This document shows positions 49,466 to 64,000 of a stretch of 64,000 nucleotides of DNA, piece by piece. Numbering within the stretch: the first letter of the stretch is position 1; every line of letters begins with the position of its first letter. The position numbers and the translations under genes are program-made. Where the stretch lies: NCBI RefSeq assembly GCF_009914755.1, contig NC_060927.1; one strand, given 5' to 3'. Under the pieces are notes generated by a model. It was not told the DNA's origin. It saw only the letters and a list, made by a program, of their open reading frames with translations, and did not search any database. Source of the stretch: the human T2T-CHM13v2.0 reference genome, Homo sapiens.

Positions 49466-52273
49466 ATTCTTAACCTGTATTGCCTAAAATCTAACTTTTG
49501 GATGAGAAGGGGATGGTGGAGTGGTTATAAGGTGCTCTGGGGACTGAAGGCTTAGGAAGGCAGGTTTTGAAAGGGTACGGAGATAGAATATGCATGTGAG
49601 GATCTGGGCTTTGAAAGAGGATAATCAAAAGTTGAATTGGAAGAGAGTCGACGACTAACTTCCATTTCTCTTGAAGTGTGGCCCAAGGCCCTGGGGGAAA
49701 CTTCAGCTTCAGGCTGTACCTGTGTACCTGCTTGTGACTGGGATATGTTTCCTGCAGGAGTGAAGCCATTGGTAGTTTCTTTTAAGGCCCCGCCTCCTCA
49801 CCTGGAGACTACTGGCCAGGTGGCTGAGCTGGGCTGCCTCAGAGGGGGCAGGTGCCCTGCTATCTCCTGCTGGCTCAGCCTGCGAGGCTCAAGGTACATC
49901 CTGCCTCACTGGAGTTCCTTCTCCTAAGATTAAGAGCTTGAGTGGCCCAGCCCAGAATAATAAATACATGAACTGGCAGGCATTAGAAGGCGTCAGCATC
50001 GATAAATCATCATATTCTGGGCAGTATCTTCAGAAACCCGTTCTTATCAACCACTTCAGGAGAGAAGGATCCAAGGGCCATGGTGAATATCTGTCTCAAC
50101 CCAGAAAGGAAGGAGCTGAGGCAACAGGGTCTTTGGTAGTGCTGGAAGGGTAGAGAGTAGGCCCTGGGTGGAAATATTTTTAAAAGGAGAAAGGTAAGAG
50201 AAAGGGTTAAAAGGCAGCCTTTTGTCACCACCTCAGGCAGCTGGATGAGGGACCAGGCTTGAGGGAGCAGGTTGGAAGAACAGTTATGTAGAGGTAGAAG
50301 TGTAACTTCAGTCTTCAAAGTGGCCATTATCGGCATTTGGATATGTTCTGGCCATTTCATCAGAGAGGAAAGCACCCCTTGGTACCTGTTTGTATGATGG
50401 ATTTGGATGGGAGGAAGAGAGAAATGGGATTTGGGGATACCATGAGCTCTTTTTCCCAGGGGTTCTTCTTTAGCCAATGCCGTGGGCTCACATCTGAGCC
50501 CTGAGGAGAGGAACCCTGTGCAAAAGTTGAAGGAGCTGTCTGCTGTTTTCATGAGGGCTCTGTGTGACATATGGGGACAGATGATGCTGATCTTGTGAAC
50601 ACAGTGGGGAAGATGGACTTAGCTTCCATCAAGGCTTGATCCTGGCATAGTGAAGACTTCGGGAACTCAGGCTACTTGGCACTTGGAATATTGGGGATTT
50701 GAGAACCCTGGAGCAAGCACTCTGGATCCGACACTGGTGTCCTCACAGAGGGCACCCCAGGCATCCTCCAGCAACAGCGGGCAGCCAGAGCAGCAGAGGA
50801 AGGACATGGCAGGTACGGCTGACAATGCTTTGTGAGCAGGAATGAGCATGGGGAGATATGAGTGGGGCTCCTGGACATAGTGAGATGAAACTTTTCAGGG
50901 GCTGAGGTGCAACATGAGGAAGAAGATCAGGCCAAAGCCAGTGGAATTTGGATTGCCTCTGTTAATGGGATGTCTTGTCTGGTGAAGGCTAGGAAACTCA
51001 AGTCACAGAAGAAACTTCCCGTCAGTGAGGTAGTATTCCCCAATTTAACAAATATGTATTGAATGCCTACCCTGTGCAGGCACTATTATGAGTGTGAACA
51101 AGAGAGGCAGAATCTTTGTCTTCATGAGAATGACAGTGAAGGGAAGACATTACCCAGTTAGAAAGTGCCATGGGAGCAGAGAAAATGAGGAGGAGAATTT
51201 CAGCTGTGGATTTGATCTTGAAAGGGCCTTAAAGGATGGGTAAAAGTTGGGCTTGTGGAGATAGAGGAGGCCTAGAGAAGAAGGGAGAATTTGGGAAATA
51301 GTCTTTATGTGGTGGATGTGTGTTTATACACATTGTGAATGTGTATGAAGGAGATTAGGAATATTGAGAGAGAAAGCTGGAAAGGTTGGTTGGGTGGGCT
51401 TTCGGTCCCATGCTAGGATTTTATTCAGTAGTCTATGGGCAGCCATTGGGATATTTTGAGCAAGAAAAGTAACTTGATCAATCATTTCCTGCCTTTGGCT
51501 GAGGTCACTTAGCAGCACTGGTGTTAGGCAGGGCTGCAGGCCATGATTGTTTCGATATGTTCTCTTCCTGGCCTTCTCACGGGAGCAGTCGTAATTTTAT
51601 TTTTACCCACTTCTCTGTTTTGGGCGTCCGTCAGATTAGCAACTAGCTCTATGCCTCCAGTTGGAAGAGAGCTTCTGTTCAAAGTGCTGTATGGGTGGAG
51701 TCTTTCTGCCACTGTCCGAGCCCTGCTGCCCTTCCTGGGTGTTGACCTTGGCTGTAGAGGGTGTGTCCCTTGATTTAAAGCTATTTGTTCCCCCTTCTTT
51801 TTCAGCTTCACCCTGGTACTTCTGAATGACCAGGGTTCCTGCAGGGAGGTCAAGCAACGGCAGCTTGTGGTTTGGGTGTTAGCTAGGGGCAGCAACTAAT
51901 AAATGAATGGTCAGTTGTCTTGGGAATGTAGGTCTTTGCTTCAACTAGATTTACTTTCATTTTATCATAAATACCAGAAGCTTCATGAATTTAAATTGGT
52001 TTCCTGAAACAGACCCTGGTTCCAGGAACATTTCTCACTGTGGGAGACAGGATTGTCAACAAAAATGGGGATGCATTTTTAAAGATAAGATCTATTTATC
52101 AGTGTATGGTCCACAAATAATCAAATTTGGTGACTTAAAACTTCTGTACTCAAATGAAGGGTATGGTGCATATTTATCTTACAGTGACAGTGATGTTTTA
52201 GAATATCCGTATGGTACTGCTGGCTTAGTTGGCCTGGATGTTATATTCATGAGGCCAAGGCTGCAGCCCAGCT

Positions 52274-52292
52274 CTCTTCCCTCTGGTGGCCA
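52274..52292 (-). promoter_or_regulatory. CTCF motif
   Basis: Minus strand reads TGGCCACCAGAGGGAAGAG; the 5' part matches TGGCCACCAG(G/A)GGG and the 3' end is imperfect. Confidence 0.45.
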
Positions 52293-52489
52293 GATATCTT
52301 CTCTTTGGTCATGGCTAGAGACTACATCTTCTGTTCCAGCTGGTAGTCTTTTAGTAGCATTTTATTAGTCATGCAAGGGCCAGCAAAAATAGCATAGACA
52401 GATAGTAAAAATCTAGTCCTTGTACTGGAAAAAGAACTTGGAGAATGTGGCCTGTTGATAATGGTTGTATTATCACTAAGTAATTTTTT

Positions 52490-52690
52490 TTATATTGATT
52501 AAGTACTTCCTATGTGCCAGGAACTGTCCTAAGTGCTTATCTCAACCTTCAAAATAGTATAGATCCTATTTTACAGATCAGGAAACTGAGGCTGAAATAA
52601 GTTAAGTGACTTGACAAAGTCATTCAGCCTGGATAATGGTATGCATAATTAGGTTCTAATCTAGCTTTTCTTATCTTAAGTCTTGTATCC
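52490..52690 (-). mobile_element. MIR SINE
   Basis: cctattttacagatcaggaaactgaggctgaaataagttaagtgacttg. Confidence 0.7.
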
Positions 52691-52726
52691 TTTCCTCTCT
52701 TCTGTCCAGAAATGATGATGAGAATA

Positions 52727-53036
52727 TAGTAGTTCCCCCTTATCTGAGGGGGATACGTTCCAAGATCCCCAGTGGATGCCTGAAACCACAGATAGTACTG
52801 AATCCTAAATATACTATGTTTTTTCCCTGTATGTTCATACCTACAATAAACTGTAATTTATAAATTAGGAACAGTAAGAGATTAACAGCAATAACTAATA
52901 ATAAATAGGACAATTATAACAATATAATGGAAGTTATGTGACTGTGGTATCACTCTTTCTCAAAATATCTTATTATATTGCATCACAGGTAACTGAAACT
53001 GTGGAAAATAAAACCACGCATAAGGAGAGACTACTG
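52727..53036. mobile_element. MER44 (Tigger7-derived MITE) with TA TSDs
   Basis: ta|tagtagttcccccttatc...ataaggagagactactg|ta terminal inverted repeats. Confidence 0.85.
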
Positions 53037-56000
53037 TACCTATACTGTAGATTCCTGGAGGCAGAGTCAGATGTTGGACTGTTCAGTAACATCTTGGAAT
53101 CTCCTTTGTCCACCAAAGTGTCTTTGACTGTGACCTTAGGCCTCTTGCTTTGAAGCAGAGTTACTCTATCCTATTTGGAGTCCAAATTAACATCTGCTCA
53201 CCACCAAGTGGATCCCTGGAGATCTTTCTTGCTGTATCCTCCAGCCCCTAGCCCCTTTTGAATTGGGGAAGTGGCAGATGGAAGATCAAGTGGCAGATGG
53301 AAGGTCAGATTTCAGACCTTGCAGGCTTCCTTCTGATCTGCATCAGCTCAGAGGGAGAGAAGGGGGGACTGGCTGGTGTGTGGTCAAGTGTATTTTGTTG
53401 ACCTGCTGCCCTGAGCTAGGGGTCTATACTAGGAATTTCTTTTATGGAAAAGAAAAACAGTGTTTTTTTTTTTTCCCTTGAACATTCTGGGGGTGGGGAG
53501 AATCAGCAAATTATTTTATATTTAAATAACTAAACATTTATTAAGGGTCATCTCTGGAGAAGACAGAATTGGTGTGATTTGAAGGATGCTACAAAAGTGC
53601 CTCCTGCTCAGAACCTCTCTGACCCTTGTAGTGCTTTGACACCTTAAACAGTTCATTCATTCCTTTTGGCTAATATCACTCAGCTGATCCTTTTATAGGT
53701 GCTAAAATAATGCACTCTTGTGTTAATTTAAGATTCTTCCGGAAGAAGTAGAGGAACATTAAGGCAGTGTGTGTGTCGGGGGAGTGGGGTGGGTGGTGTT
53801 TAGAGTGAATGGATGACTCAGACTTGGTGAGAGATATTCTGGGATGGCTTCCTGGAGGAGAGAATTACTTAACATGATGTGGTGGCCAAGAAGGCTGTTG
53901 GCACCGTTCTTTCAGAAGCTTCAGATTGAGGCATTCACCAAGTTACTGAACATTAGTTTTTAGTTTCTAAGATAATGGAATTAGCTGTAGTAGTACAAGG
54001 TACAAAGCCATTATTAACTTATAAGCCTTTATAATTACTTTTCAGAAGCCCTTTTTGCTTTAGCATTGTAAATCTTTCTCACAGTGCCAGGGATTTAAAA
54101 ATTTTAGAAATGACATTTAATTAATGTTGAACGTAAAATCTCTTTGGGTTTTAAGCTGTCTTGGGAATCTACTCATTCCCTCCTCCCAGATCCATCTTGC
54201 CTCCTCTTAGGGATCATCCAGGAAACCTCCCTGAGGGCTGGCATGGAGGTAGGCAGAGGAGAGTGCCTTCCCTCAGGGTGACTGTCAGACTTTCCAGCCC
54301 CCAGAAACATTCCGTGGAGATGAAGGAGACACTTCCATCTGTGCCTGGGCCATATTTCAGGGAGACTACGTGGTGGGACTCGCAGCTGGGGGACAGGACA
54401 GAGGGACTACAGATGGCAGATGGCTCTGGCTGCCACTTGGAGGGGGCTGTTCTTGGGGCCGATGGGGGTGTGTGGCTTAGACTATACTCCCTGTGAAGTA
54501 AACAGGGAATGCTTTTCTTAGGATCTAGGGAAGTTTTAGCAACTTAGTTAGGATTATGCCATCTCTGTGGGAGAGAGGGTTTCTGCAGGAGACTGCAAAG
54601 ATATACATGTGAACATTTAAAAAGTACAACTTTCCAGCCCCCAGAAGCATTCCGTGGAGTTGCAGGAGACACTTCCATGCATCCACAGAAGCCCTCTGTC
54701 CCTCACGTGGGCTCTGGAGATTCCTAAGACTTCTGTGCATCTCTCTATGTGAGTCATGGGACATGTTCCCTTAGGCCACATGTAAATGCCAGGCAGTGAG
54801 GCCTAAATAGTCATTGCACTCTAAAAAAAGTAAACATATTTAATTTCTCATATTTTTATAACGATGTCTTACTTGAACATTTATTATATACCAGATTTGT
54901 TCCAAACACTGGAAATCCGTCTTCTCATTTAATTGTCACAACTCTGGCAGGTAGTTGTCATTCTTTACAGTTTATAAAGCATGTCCACCATCTATCTCAC
55001 TTGAGTCTTTCAGCAGTATATGTATCCCCATTTTACAAGTAGGACGTGGCCAGATAAGTGACTGTCATAAGACTGTATGTCCATGGAGTAGTGACATTGA
55101 ACTCAGAGCTCTTTGTTCCAATTCCGGTCTCCTTTTCATCATACTGTAATGAGAGCCCAGCTTTCTTCCTTCTCTCAACCCCCACCTTGTTTTACAGAGA
55201 GTGTCTCTGGGATTCTGTGGCTGGGAGAGGTGGGAGAGGTAGCTGAGCAGGTAAGCCTTTTACGAATGTGTGTAGATTTGAGACCTGCAAGGCGAGAGGC
55301 AACAGGGAGTGGAAGCTGACTGACAGGGCCCTGGGGGATGTGTCAGAGACAGTGCAACTGTTGCACAGATGTGGTGCAGGCTCCTCATTAAGAGGGAGCT
55401 GGAAAGGAAAAACTCCCACTTCAGAGAAGAATTAGACTGTTCCCAATGTCTTCACATCTGTGAGGGGACTGATGGTACAAAGACTCACTGATAAATGGAC
55501 AGAAGTTTTCAGACCCAAGAAGATATTAAAATAAATATTTAATTTGCAACAAATTATGCTGTGAATCATTAAGACAAACATAAATCTCATGAGTAAGATT
55601 TCTGTTATTTCTCTGAATCTCAATGAAATATTTATTGAGGAAAATGAAGTCAGCTCATTGCTTTGCATGACTAAATGCCATTGCTGGCTTCCAAGAGCAG
55701 CTTCCTCAGGATCTGTCTCAGATCGCAAGGATGGGGGAGGAGGCAGGACTACTTCCAGGCTGTCCCAACATGAGCAGGGATCAGATCATTCAGATCGGGT
55801 AGGACTGAAGCATGGTCTAGCATTGTGTCTGGAATAGAAAATGTTGTCTAATTTTTTGTTATTTAAGGTTGATTTTGAAGGTCCTGGGGCACTTTCTAAT
55901 TTGAGGAGTAGGGAGGATGGCTTCAGGGTAAGTTCTCTGAATTTTCAGATGGCAAACCCTGAGACAGCTTTCAAGTGTGTCTAGAACTTAGAATGCTCTG

Positions 56001-56850
56001 ATTCAGGTTAATGCCTTTGGGGGTGATACACGGATGTCCTGATGCCATTCCTGGGCTGCTGCTTGGGTATGCTTTACCAATGCTAATGGTGTGCTCACAC
56101 CTTGGGGATTGGGAGAACAACATCAATCCATCTAATCTCACCTAAGGTAGTAGAGGATATTGACCCATCTCCCCACAGAGGTCAGCCCCAGTTCACTGAC
56201 TTTCTTAGTTGTGGCTTATCAGAGCAAAACTGGCTATTCTAGGAGATGGATTTCAAGAGGCTGAAACAAAAGACAGCAGTGTGGGTACATGGGGTGATGA
56301 GGATACCCAGGCCTTCCTGGACTGGTTTGGGCTGTAGCCGTTCCCCCGACAGGGCAGGTGGCTCTGACTCCTGAGTTCATGGTCCTTTGGCAGGCAGATC
56401 CAGTGTGGGTCACATGATGGATGTTTCTATGGGTGGTCTTGCTGTCCAAAGTCAGCCTTGCTGCTCTAATTCCATTCTGGTTTTCTTCTTGCAATCCACA
56501 GGTGGTTTAGGTAAATCCCCACAGATGAAATATGACTTTATTCCTCTCTCAAAAACACAGTGCTTTGGTCAGAGAGAAAGCTTAGCGAGCATGTTGAGGG
56601 GACTGTCACTTAGAACTGACCATCTTGTTTTCCTTTGCCTTAGACTTCCCATTTTCTAAATCTAGAGTGCGATTAATGGTATAAATGTAGAATAGGAACT
56701 CCCATTTCTAGCAGAATTACTGAATTTAACTAAGTATGTACTGAGAATGAGCCATGTGCCTAGAACTGTGCTGATGGTCTAGAAGATACAGAAATGTGAA
56801 CAGAAGAATCCCTACTTTTCAAGAAACTTACAATCCAGATAGGAATACTA

Positions 56851-56853
<3 letters not shown>

Positions 56854-56885
<32 letters not shown>
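56854..56885 (+). repeat. (AT)n microsatellite
   Basis: Read directly. Confidence 0.95.
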
Positions 56886-56888
<3 letters not shown>

Positions 56889-56942
56889 CACATAATTAGC
56901 TAACTATTCATTCAATGTGTATTTATGCAGCACCTTCTCTTA

Positions 56943-57275
<333 letters not shown>

Positions 57276-58540
57276 TTAAAAAGACATGTTAATAATTATT
57301 TTGTAAAATGAAGAGTAATGTGAGTTCCAGGAGATGCTATCTGTGAAAGATGCAGGAGTATAAACAGTACTTCTATTAGTAGACTAGAGAATGTAGCCAC
57401 CAGATAGAGGTTTTGATTGTTTATATTTTCTATCTCCAGAATCTAGCACAATGTCTGGTATACAGTAGGTGCTCAATAAAGAAATATTGAATGAATAAAT
57501 TTTTCTAGGCTGGAGTAATCAGAGAAAAGCTACCTCATGGAAGAAGTCAAGCTTGAGTTAGATATTTAAAACATGACAGAAATTGGGTGGCAGTGGAGAG
57601 GGCATTTTAAGTTTTTCAGAGGATATCATTGCCATGTCTACAGTACTGTGTTATTTATTTCTCTCTCATATTTGTAAAATATTGCACAAGTCACCCATGA
57701 GCACTCAGCTATTTCTTATCTCCTTTATCAGACCATTAGGGAAGGGTTGACTCTGGGGCCCATGGCACCTGGTTGTATGATAAAATGCAAGAAGTGGTGA
57801 TTTATTTCTACTTGAAGAAACAATTTTACAGTTTGGGGATGCTTTTGCAGCCCTGTTCAAAGAGGCTGTGGATTGGAATTCTCCATAAGGCCATTAATTA
57901 TTGAATTTGCTTTACTGTAAAACAAAGGAGCTGCTTATAGGTGTCAGCTGTTGAAGGTGCAGAGTGACTTAGTAGCAGTATAAGTGCTCCTCCTAATCAC
58001 AGGCAGACCTGTTAGCAGACACTCAGAAAAAAGGACAGGATACTGTCAGCACATTGCTTCAGGGAAGATGGGCAATTAGTGGCTTCAGATGTCACATAGC
58101 ATTCTTCTCCTTTTGGTCTCCCAGGTGCTCTCTGTTGGGCAATCAGAGATTTTAGTTATGACTCTAGAAACAAGTCCCAGTGAGAGAATTTTGGGCTTTG
58201 CACTTGCCAAATGGTGAGATGAGTGGTGCCAGAGAGTTTGGCTGCGGTGGTTGTGATGGAAATTCTGCAGGTGGTGGTGCTAAAGAGAAAGAGAAAAAAT
58301 TCCTGGCTGTCATGGAAGATAGTTGCTTTCTGGGCAGTGGAGCTGGATATACCAGTGCAGTCTGCAGTGCTGGTGGAGGCTCAATTCCACTCTGCTGCTG
58401 TGATTGTGTCCTTCAGCACACTCTGAGGTCCTGATCTGCTCTCCTGTCTTATATGTAGGGGTGCACAAAGCCAGACTGCAGGAGCCTTCTTGGTGGGCAT
58501 TTTTATAATGATATGCATGAAAGCTTGACTTCTGAGTGTA

Positions 58541-61114
<2,574 letters not shown>

Positions 61115-61289
61115 TATATGGTAATGCGTGGGAGAGGGTTTGCGTTTAACGTTGTAGGGACAAGGCATTCAGTGCATTTAAACCAAATCTTGCTGAGCCT
61201 ACAGAGTGGGGTACAACCCTAGTTCAGAACCTGGAGTATAAGGAAGAGACATGGCCTCTGTACCAGCAACAGAAATAGGATGATTTACA

Positions 61290-61480
61290 ATTTACAAAAG
61301 GGTTTCACATGGGTTATCTCATTTGGAATCCACAATAGCCTTCTGAATCAGTAAAGCAAGGATTATCATTGCCCTTTTACAGATGAGGAAACTGAATCTC
61401 AAAAAGGTGAAGAGATTTGCCCATGGCTTCCTAGCAACAAGCCTTGAATCTAGGACCTTGGATTACAAGTTTCCTGCTCT
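61290..61480 (-). mobile_element. MIR SINE
   Basis: cccttttacagatgaggaaactgaatctcaaaaaggtgaagagatttgccc. Confidence 0.7.
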
Positions 61481-64000
61481 GTTCTTTCATGTTAGTTTCT
61501 AATCATGAGAACAGACAACTACACATGAAATGACTCAAAGATACTGATTATCATGATGACAGGAGAGTTTGAAGGGAAGGAGGAAGCCCAAGGTCAGAGA
61601 TGGTGTAGTGAATGAGCAAGCCTCCATGAGCTGGTGACCTTGAGCTGTCACACAGATGAGAGGAAGCTGTGATGTGGTGGGTGGAGGGCTCTGGTGCCGT
61701 GCCTGGCAGTGCAGGCAGTCACTGTCTTCCAGGCCCACTCTTCCTTATTCCTGGACATTTGAGGGAGTCTAAGGGAGGTCCAGAGGAAACACAAACACCT
61801 CATTTTAACTTACAGTATAATCCCCCTTCCTAGAAATGCTTTCAACACAGTGGCCCACAAAAAGTAAAATGACTTGGAGTCAATTTCTTCTACTCCTTGC
61901 CTTTGATTCCCCTGTGAGTGGCAGGGAAATACTTAGGAGGAGTAAAGAGGTGTTGTTAAGAGCCTGGATGATTCAGAGTTAGGCCATCAGATGCTCTGCT
62001 TAATTAGGAGTGGGCTGTCCTGATTAGGTGTTTCTGCTTTGAGCAGGAGTGGTTCCATGAGTTAGAGGCTGCGTCTTGGTTTGCGTCCTGACTCTGAGGC
62101 AGGTTTGGAGGAAAAGGAGGTGACTCTACCACCTCATACCCCCAAATCTCGACAGCTTACCTACTAACATTCTCTTCTGACTCTAGGTTGCCTTTTAGGA
62201 ACATCTGTTTTGCCTTCATCGTTTGCCTTGAAATACAAAATGTTGAATAGGAGAGAATCATGGTTTTGTGAATGTCTGGCCAAGAATTGGGAGAGATTTC
62301 CTTGCTTTTACCAGTCCTCAACTTAATGATTCTGTTTTTTTTTCTCTATTAAAAAAAAATTAATCATGAGTGAAATTTTCCAAACTTGAAAAGATATATA
62401 TCAATCAGAAGGATTTTTCAGTAGGATTCCTTTATTTTTTTCCTCAATATTATGTTAAGAAATACCTGTAACCCAATATTACCTCAACTGTTTTCTCAGC
62501 GACTGTTGGTCAGATTTCTTTCTTTCAATCATTGAAATTTTTGCAAAGTCTGAGCAAATATTTGAGGCTTCTTCCTGCTCCCCACCACTCCTGCATCTTG
62601 AGAGGTGGAAAACGGAGGTTTGTGTGTGGTCTCAGGACATCCCCTGGCCACTCTTCTCCTTTGGGGTGATTTGCCTCCATGTTTTAAATCCAAGATGGTG
62701 GACATAGATGACATCCAATTATAACTTCTTTCTGATTTGGGGCACAAGGCCAGATTCTCCTAAGAGAATTTACACAGTCACAAGTTTGGAAGAATTTCTC
62801 ATGATGTAATCAAGATGTAAAAGCTATTTCCTTGCTATAACTCATGTACAGTTTCTTGTGAAAATGAAATGGTCCAAGCTCTGCTGTACCATGCTCTCCA
62901 AGTGACAGTTTCATCTACTCCATATGTTCACAGATGAGGGAATCATTGTCACATGGCAAATGGCCAAGAAAGCCCCTAGCCCACTTCTGTAGCTTGTCCA
63001 AGAGTGCCTGGCACATTCCACCCCTCAATTATTCCCATCAATTGTGAACAGATGGGCACAATACTCTAAGTCATAGTAAAGTGACTTGTATCTGGCCATT
63101 ATCCAAGTGAAATGAAAGAAGGTGCTGTTGTCTATCTGGCTCAACTACAATATGGGATTCATAAAATAATGACCCCTGGTTCGATAATGACAGGAGCCCC
63201 AAGCTGCCAGGATGGGTACTTTTGTGGCAAGGCAGCTCAGAGATCACCCTTCATAAATTTCAAATTGGTTGCAGATTTGTGGGTGAGACTTGCCTTGTTA
63301 TTGTCTTCCTTTAATTTGCGACTCTATTGCTTCTCCATATTGCCTCAACCTGTCAAATATCTGATAAGATTTTCCCATTTAAATTTGATTCAGGTTAGGA
63401 TTACCTACCAGTTTAGGAAGGCTCCAATTTATTCTAAATAGATGTTTCTGAGAATAATATCTCTGGACCTTAAAGTGTCCCTGAGACCAATTATACTGTC
63501 AGAGTGATTATTTTCTAATCCTCCTCCCCTTACTGAGGTTTCTGGACCCTACACTCCAATATGTACCTGTGTTTCTAAACTAGACTAATTTACCATTCTC
63601 TGTTACCCCCTTCTCAATCTGACCCCAAACTTCCCTCTTTCAGGAAGTCTGCTTTGCTTGATATTACCCACTTTTGACCACAGAGTTTTAGATTAGTAGA
63701 AACTTAGTTATGAATGAGATCTTAGAGTCCATTTAGTCTAACTTTCCACTTGAGGCAGAAATTGCCTCTAGATGATCTCTGAGTGATGGTGATTCTTATC
63801 TTCAGTGACAAAGTGCTCATGATTCCATGAGACAGCTAATTTTATTGTTGGTCAGATCTAATTGTTAGTAAATTATTTTATGTAATTGAAATCTGACTTT
63901 GTCTAATTTAGGCTTGTTGACCTTAGTTCAACCCTCTAGAGTAATGCAAAGCTATACAATTTCATTTCTACTTGAAGTCCTTCAGCTAATTGAGACAGCA

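Overview
Human (primate) genomic DNA, almost all intronic and rich in interspersed repeats: six Alus, L1, L2, MIR, MaLR LTRs, MER44, MER5 and a near full-length Tigger1. One coding exon is recognisable. At 30976-31042 (+), ATG...CGAG|gt encodes MTDRFWDQWYLWYLRLLRLLDR(G), the alternative first exon ('Ex1C') N-terminus of the RhoGEF Kalirin, so the window lies in the large 5' intronic region of KALRN (chr3q21). I did not find exon 2 or the more upstream first exon in the window. The supplied ORFs are chance ORFs or repeat-derived. Most interesting signals: (1) two frame-preserving microexon candidates with neural SRRM4-type architecture (12 nt at 2382-2393, 6 nt at 10610-10615); (2) a candidate alternative N-terminal exon at 18387-18466; (3) a U12-like donor and two upstream ATGs in Ex1C; (4) a palindromic 30-bp VNTR inside an L1 tail, bracketed by a perfect 34-bp inverted repeat; (5) several local duplications and a twin-primed L1. 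Repeat subfamily names and boundaries were assigned by eye and are approximate. All splicing candidates are sequence inferences without transcript evidence.
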